Shown here: one piece after another, positions 59,690 through 64,000 of the stretch
Position numbering within the stretch: the first letter of the stretch is position 1
Layout: the number at the start of each line of letters is the position of its first letter
DNA from: Candidatus Latescibacterota bacterium
GTDB lineage: Bacteria; Latescibacterota; UBA2968; UBA8231
NCBI GenBank assembly: GCA_965203175.1
Contig: OZ241867.1
Span: 480,001 to 544,000 of the forward strand
Direction of reading: 5' to 3'
DNA length: 64,000 nucleotides
Position numbers and translations under genes: made by a program
The notes under the pieces: generated by a model
The model's database searches: none
What the model saw: the letters and a program-made list of their open reading frames with translations, nothing else
What the model was told of the DNA's origin: nothing

Positions 59690-59928
59690 GGCGTATCCTC
59701 CTTGTTTTAAAGGGAGTTATATACCCAAGTGCCAAAAATCATGTTCGCGGCTAATAAGCATTAATTATCAACTGCTGACAATTAAAAAAAGAGCTTGACG
59801 ATGTGAAAGGGTTGTCCGTTAGTGAGAGCACCCCTTGCACTTCCCCAGCGGAGGCGGATCGCCTCTGCGGTCCAACGCGACCAAGAGTAAGTGTCCGTCG
59901 GAGAACATACCAGGGTCGGATTGATCGC

Positions 59929-60215
59929 ATGAAGATCGCTGCCTATCAGGCACCACTGCTTGAAAACGGCTCAATGGAAGCATTGAGCTATTTACGGACA
60001 CAAATAGATGTATGTGAAGACAAAGGCGTCGAAATACTGTGCTGTCCAGAGGCGGTCCTTGGCGGCCTAGCAGATTACTCCGACAGGCCGGCCGAACTCG
60101 CATTCAATATCGAAAATGGTCAATTAGAAGAGTTTCTTTCGCCTCTCACCAGCGAAACAGTGAGTACGATTATTGGCTTTACCGAGTCGGCAAACACAGG
60201 ACTATACAATACAGC
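59929..60215 (+). pseudogene. Carbon-nitrogen hydrolase (nitrilase family), truncated by the IS
   Basis: MKIAAYQ...ILCCPEA...GFTE...LYNTA, then the frame runs into the IS inverted repeat; the catalytic Lys and Cys regions are missing. Confidence 0.8.
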
Positions 60216-61375
60216 GGCGTTGTTGCATGAATCATATCTGGGGCATCATTGTCGAATGTTGTTTTTTGTTCAGTTGATTTTTTCTACTCGATACGACTGG
60301 GGTTTGCCCACATGGATCATTCGATTGAGGAGGGCACAGCCGAGGCGACTTTCGACCTGTTGGTTGATCCAGCTACGCGCCTTCAGCTTGTCGCCGATGA
60401 GGTGCTTATAGCGATAGATTTGCGTTTCGGCCAACGAGCGTCGATGATAGCCACTGGCCTGTTTCCACTCCTTGCGTCCCTTTCGTCGTATGGCCCGCAG
60501 GATTTCATCGCGCGCCAACGGGGGGACCTTACAATTACCATGCTGATGGATTGTAGCGTCTTTGCGCAGTGCGATGATCGGCCGAATCGAGGGATCACTC
60601 CGCGTGGCCAAGGCGTCGAACACCTTCTGTTTGTCATAGGCCCCATCGCCGCCTACCGCCTCCACCGCCTCGTCGACTTGGGTCAACAGAGGGGCCACCT
60701 GCGAGGCATCATCGATCCGATGGGACGTCAACGTCTGCGCGACCACCTCGCCGGTGGCCTCGTTGACCCCCACATGCAGTTTGCGCCACGTGCGCCGTTT
60801 GGTCCAGCCGTGTTGACGGACTTTCCTCTCGCCCTCGCCATAGACTTTCAAACCCGTCGAATCCACTACCAAGTGCATCGGGCTAGCCGGGCTATCGGGC
60901 TGCTTTTTCGGCAACTCCACCGCCAAGGCCCCTTGGCGACGCGACAAGGTCGAGTAGTCCGGCACGGCCAAGGCCAACCCCATCAAGTCCAACAGCGATT
61001 GGATAAACCCCTGCGTCTGGCGCAACGGCAACCCAAGCAACACCCGCATCGTCAACATCCATTCAATCGCTGGATCCGAATAGACAAACTGAGCACCCCG
61101 TTGCGATGGCCCCTGAGCATACCATTGCTTCCACAGACCATCGTCCAGCCACACCGTCAGGCTACCACGAGCCACCAACGCCCGATTATACGACGACCAA
61201 TTCTTAACCCGATACACCGGTTGCGACTTGACCGAGGGCGAACTGCCAGATACTTTGCTCATCACAGGCTCTTTGGGAAGAAAGGAACGTGTTTCTTGCT
61301 GGAAACCACGAACCAATCTAACCGAAGAGCCTGACTCATTTCAAGACCCGAACACAGCTTTCATGCAACAACGCC
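60216..61375 (-). mobile_element. IS5 family (IS903 group) insertion sequence, 1160 bp
   Basis: Perfect 16-bp terminal inverted repeats GGCGTTGTTGCATGAA (60216-60231) / TTCATGCAACAACGCC (61360-61375) flanking a transposase; no target-site duplication. Confidence 0.93.
60270..61316 (-). CDS. IS5 family transposase
   Basis: NWSSYNRALVARGSLTVW, LRQTQG, PDYSTLSRR, VDSTG, RRTWRKLH, GDGAYD, GYHRRSLAET motifs. Confidence 0.95.
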   Translation of the reverse strand: MVRGFQQETRSFLPKEPVMSKVSGSSPSVKSQPVYRVKNWSSYNRALVARGSLTVWLDDGLWKQWYAQGPSQRGAQFVYSDPAIEWMLTMRVLLGLPLRQTQGFIQSLLDLMGLALAVPDYSTLSRRQGALAVELPKKQPDSPASPMHLVVDSTGLKVYGEGERKVRQHGWTKRRTWRKLHVGVNEATGEVVAQTLTSHRIDDASQVAPLLTQVDEAVEAVGGDGAYDKQKVFDALATRSDPSIRPIIALRKDATIHQHGNCKVPPLARDEILRAIRRKGRKEWKQASGYHRRSLAETQIYRYKHLIGDKLKARSWINQQVESRLGCALLNRMIHVGKPQSYRVEKIN

Positions 61376-61823
61376 GTTTGCAACTATAATCATTCAATGT
61401 ATCAATATTAGCAATAACTGGGCCAGTTTCGCTCTCTACAAGGACAGTTGCGTTGCGCTTCACAGCGTCTCTGCTGAGTACTTGGGTTGATCTGACGGCC
61501 GTTTCGTGCAGGAAGGGCAAGTGGCGCTTGATCTTTGCGGGTGTGAGAGGAAGGGATAGTGGCGAGATTTCGACTTCGTGCCGAGCCTGAATGGGGTGAA
61601 GCGAAAACTCGACGTTGTGCAATATTTCGGGATTGGCGAACTCAGGCACTGAGCGCTCAATGACTACATGGTCACGGAGATTCCAAGTGTGAAGAGTATA
61701 AAACGTAATGATCTCGACGAGCGTTCCCAAAGCACGGCCTGCGGCTTTCTTTTTGTCCTTGGCGTACTCAAAGACCGTGTCCGCCAGAGTTTTTTGAAGT
61801 GCATCGACTGACTCAAAAGCCAA
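61376..61823 (-). pseudogene. 5' fragment of an AT-richer gene, possibly a restriction endonuclease-like protein, truncated by the IS
   Basis: TTG start with an AGGAGA RBS; KKAAGRALGTLVE...HNVEF segments loosely resemble PD-(D/E)XK nucleases; the frame runs into the IS inverted repeat. Function uncertain. Confidence 0.55.
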
Positions 61824-61917
61824 TAGGTTTCTCCTAGCTTGTTTCGCCCATACTGTCTAAATATAGAGGTCCGCCACGGTTTGCCTGCGTCGTTTGTCCG
61901 GAGCGTAACGTGACTGC

Positions 61918-63414
61918 CTAACGGCGATACTGATCGAGCGCCCCTCGCCTTGGATCGAAAGTCGTATGGTGGTTCCACGAGGCGTCGTGCTTGTACATCA
62001 CGTCCCGGATTAGGCGGCGGCGATAGAGGCTGTCGAGATTGTCGGTAGCCATTTTATCGGGGTCAAAGCGGTCGAGGATCAGCTCGCGTAGGCGCGTTTC
62101 AGTTGTAGCATGCTCGGCTGCACCAGCGAGGTTGTTCCACTCGCCGGGATCGCTCTCCAAGTCAAAAAGCTGCGGCTGGTGGCCGTGAATGTAATTGTAT
62201 TTGAATTGGCCCTCGCGGACCATGATGCAAGGCGCGCCCACCGCTTCGTGGGCTTGAGCGAAAATATGGCGTCCCGCTTGCTGACCCTCAATGATCGGCA
62301 GGAGGCTGGTGCCATCGTGGGGCAAGCTCGCCTCGGCACCGGCTAACTCGCAAAACGTCGGCAGCAGGTCGAGGAGCGATGTCGGCGTCTCGACAGTGGT
62401 GCCGGCCTGCCACTGGTCGGGGAAGCGGACGATGAGGGGGACGCGGCACGACCACTCGTAAAAACAGCGCTTCTGCACCATTTCCTTTTCACACAGCATG
62501 TCGCCGTGGTCGGAGGTAAAGACCACGACCGTATTGTCGAGCAGGCCCGTTTCCTCCAACGTCGCCAGCAGGCCACCGACCTTGTCGTCGAGGTACGTCA
62601 CCAAGCCGTAGTACGCGCGGCGCAGACGGCGCAGGCTCTCGGGATCGCGCAAGTCGAAGCGGCGGGTGCCGTGGTAGGCATTGAGCCAGCGATCCATCGC
62701 CGAGTAGGTCTCATCGAGATTGGCCGGGAATTCGGGGATGGCGATCTCGGTGTCGGCATAGCGATCCCAGTACGCCTGCGGCGGATGGAACGGCTCGTGT
62801 GGGTGGTGGAAAGAGGCGCAGAGCAAGAAGGGGGTATCGCCGCGTTGGGCGCGGAGGTATTCGACGGCGCGGAAGTGCGTCTCTTCGTCGTAGCTGAGAG
62901 CGTTGTGCCAGAAGTTGACGCGCACGGCTTGGCCAGTGTAGCCACCGGCGTTATACGTGGGACGGCTGTCCATGACCTCTTCGTAGTCTTCCCCCTTCGT
63001 CTCCTTAATGCGAATCCACTCTTCCTTGACCCACGAAAAGTCGGGCGGGTAAATGTCGGTCGTCAGCCGACGGTGAAAGCCGTGTACCTGGTCGGGGCCG
63101 ACGAAGTGCATCTTGCCCGAAAGCACGGTGTCGTAACCCGCGTTGCTGAGATAGTGGGCATACGACGGCACGTCCGCGGCCAAAAGCGCGCCGTTGTCCC
63201 AAGCACCGATCTCGGATGCGTGGCGTCCGGTGGTGATGCAAGCACGGCCTGGAGCACACAGGGGGAACGGAGTATAGGCCGAGTCAAAGCGAACGCCTTC
63301 GGCAGCGAGGCGATTCAAGTGCGGCGTCTGGACGACTGGATGGCCGTAGGCACCGGTCAGAGCGGCGATGAGCTGATCGGACATTATGAAGAGGATGTTG
63401 GGTCGGTCGGACAT
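61918..63414 (-). CDS. Choline-sulfatase-like Cys-type sulfatase
   Basis: PNILFIMSDQ, LCAPGRA, GKMHFVGPDQVHGF, RLTTDIYP, YDEE, TSDHGDM motifs. Confidence 0.9.
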   Translation of the reverse strand: MSDRPNILFIMSDQLIAALTGAYGHPVVQTPHLNRLAAEGVRFDSAYTPFPLCAPGRACITTGRHASEIGAWDNGALLAADVPSYAHYLSNAGYDTVLSGKMHFVGPDQVHGFHRRLTTDIYPPDFSWVKEEWIRIKETKGEDYEEVMDSRPTYNAGGYTGQAVRVNFWHNALSYDEETHFRAVEYLRAQRGDTPFLLCASFHHPHEPFHPPQAYWDRYADTEIAIPEFPANLDETYSAMDRWLNAYHGTRRFDLRDPESLRRLRRAYYGLVTYLDDKVGGLLATLEETGLLDNTVVVFTSDHGDMLCEKEMVQKRCFYEWSCRVPLIVRFPDQWQAGTTVETPTSLLDLLPTFCELAGAEASLPHDGTSLLPIIEGQQAGRHIFAQAHEAVGAPCIMVREGQFKYNYIHGHQPQLFDLESDPGEWNNLAGAAEHATTETRLRELILDRFDPDKMATDNLDSLYRRRLIRDVMYKHDASWNHHTTFDPRRGALDQYRR

Positions 63415-63448
63415 GGTTTGAGCTTTCGGGTGAAAGGGAAAGAAAGGC

Positions 63449-64000
63449 TTACAGGAATTTTTTTACATAGGCGACCGAACGTTCGAACTGCTCCATCTCA
63501 TAAGCAACCCGAACGTCCGCACTCTCGCCGCGCTCGTGCGGCGTCTGCCAATCGTCTGGATCGCCAGCCGCCTGATGCAGAGTGCGGATGGCATGTATTG
63601 TCTCGTGGAGAGGTCGCTCGGGAAAAGTCGCCCACCAGTCGTCTTCCAAAAGGCGAATGTGCCGGGCGACGCTCGCACCGAGTTCAATGCAGCCCTGGAT
63701 ATGCGGCACCTCGCGGTCGAATAGCGCAATTATCTCCGGCCAATCGACGACCCCGTCGCCGATGGCGCAGCGCTTGAGGCGATAGCCCGAAGGCGTGGGG
63801 TGGACCGTGTAGTCCTTGATGTGGACGTGCTTGAGGATCGGCAAGATGCGCTCGGCAAACGCTAAGGGATGCTCGCCGACGGCAAAGGCATTGCCTACGT
63901 CCATGGTGACGCCCAGTTGCGGACTGCCGACCTTTTCGCACAGCGACAGCAATTCCCACGAACTCAAATCCTGGTGGTTCTCAATGCCCACTGGGATGCC
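63449..64000 (-). CDS. Sugar phosphate isomerase/epimerase family protein, 3' part
   Basis: GIENHQD, MDVGN, HVHIKDY, GDGVVD motifs; the start lies beyond the window. Confidence 0.85.
   Translation of the reverse strand, partial: GIPVGIENHQDLSSWELLSLCEKVGSPQLGVTMDVGNAFAVGEHPLAFAERILPILKHVHIKDYTVHPTPSGYRLKRCAIGDGVVDWPEIIALFDREVPHIQGCIELGASVARHIRLLEDDWWATFPERPLHETIHAIRTLHQAAGDPDDWQTPHERGESADVRVAYEMEQFERSVAYVKKFL

Noticed and set aside
59780-59928. Integron attC site or riboswitch upstream of the nitrilase fragment
   Set aside because: Only a short GGAGGCG/CGCCTCT hairpin; I could not identify paired R''/R' boxes or a known aptamer core.
60249-61334. 361-aa plus-strand ORF inside the IS
   Set aside because: Antisense to the transposase; no evidence of an independent product.
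62506-63777. 423-aa plus-strand ORF
   Set aside because: Antisense to the sulfatase and epimerase genes.

Overview
A GC-rich, gene-dense bacterial window with about 57 CDS. I saw no rRNA, tRNA or CRISPR array. The gene content (T9SS/FlgD-type 'PNPFN' C-terminal domains, a DUF6785-like membrane protein, four PhyH dioxygenases, sulfatases, enolase-superfamily dehydratases, a C-terminal SWGDIK motif) suggests an FCB-superphylum organism such as Ca. Latescibacterota; this is inference only. The left end is core metabolism: gltB (partial) with a divergent Lrp/AsnC regulator, then gltA-hpf-pntAA-pntAB-pntB. The middle holds moaB, a uvrA paralogue paired with a nucleotidyltransferase, hemB, an ECF sigma/anti-sigma pair and an RDD-signal peptidase fusion. 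A catabolic cluster of about 16 kb follows; it includes a dgoD-like gene broken by a 7-bp duplication. AT-richer accessory patches carry higBA plus a uracil-DNA glycosylase, a PLD nuclease-AAA+ ATPase fusion with a structured, pseudoknot-capable region upstream, and an IS5/IS903-group element that lacks a target-site duplication and sits between two different truncated genes. The best candidates for undescribed systems are: (1) the PLD-ATPase gene and the adjacent candidate ncRNA; (2) a double-terminator attenuator leader on an ABC-2 exporter; (3) the nucleotidyltransferase-UvrA pair; (4) the HigBA-UDG cassette; (5) the anti-sigma factor with a putative secretion-sorting motif next to the RDD-LepB fusion. 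All family assignments come from motif recognition by eye; no database searches were run.
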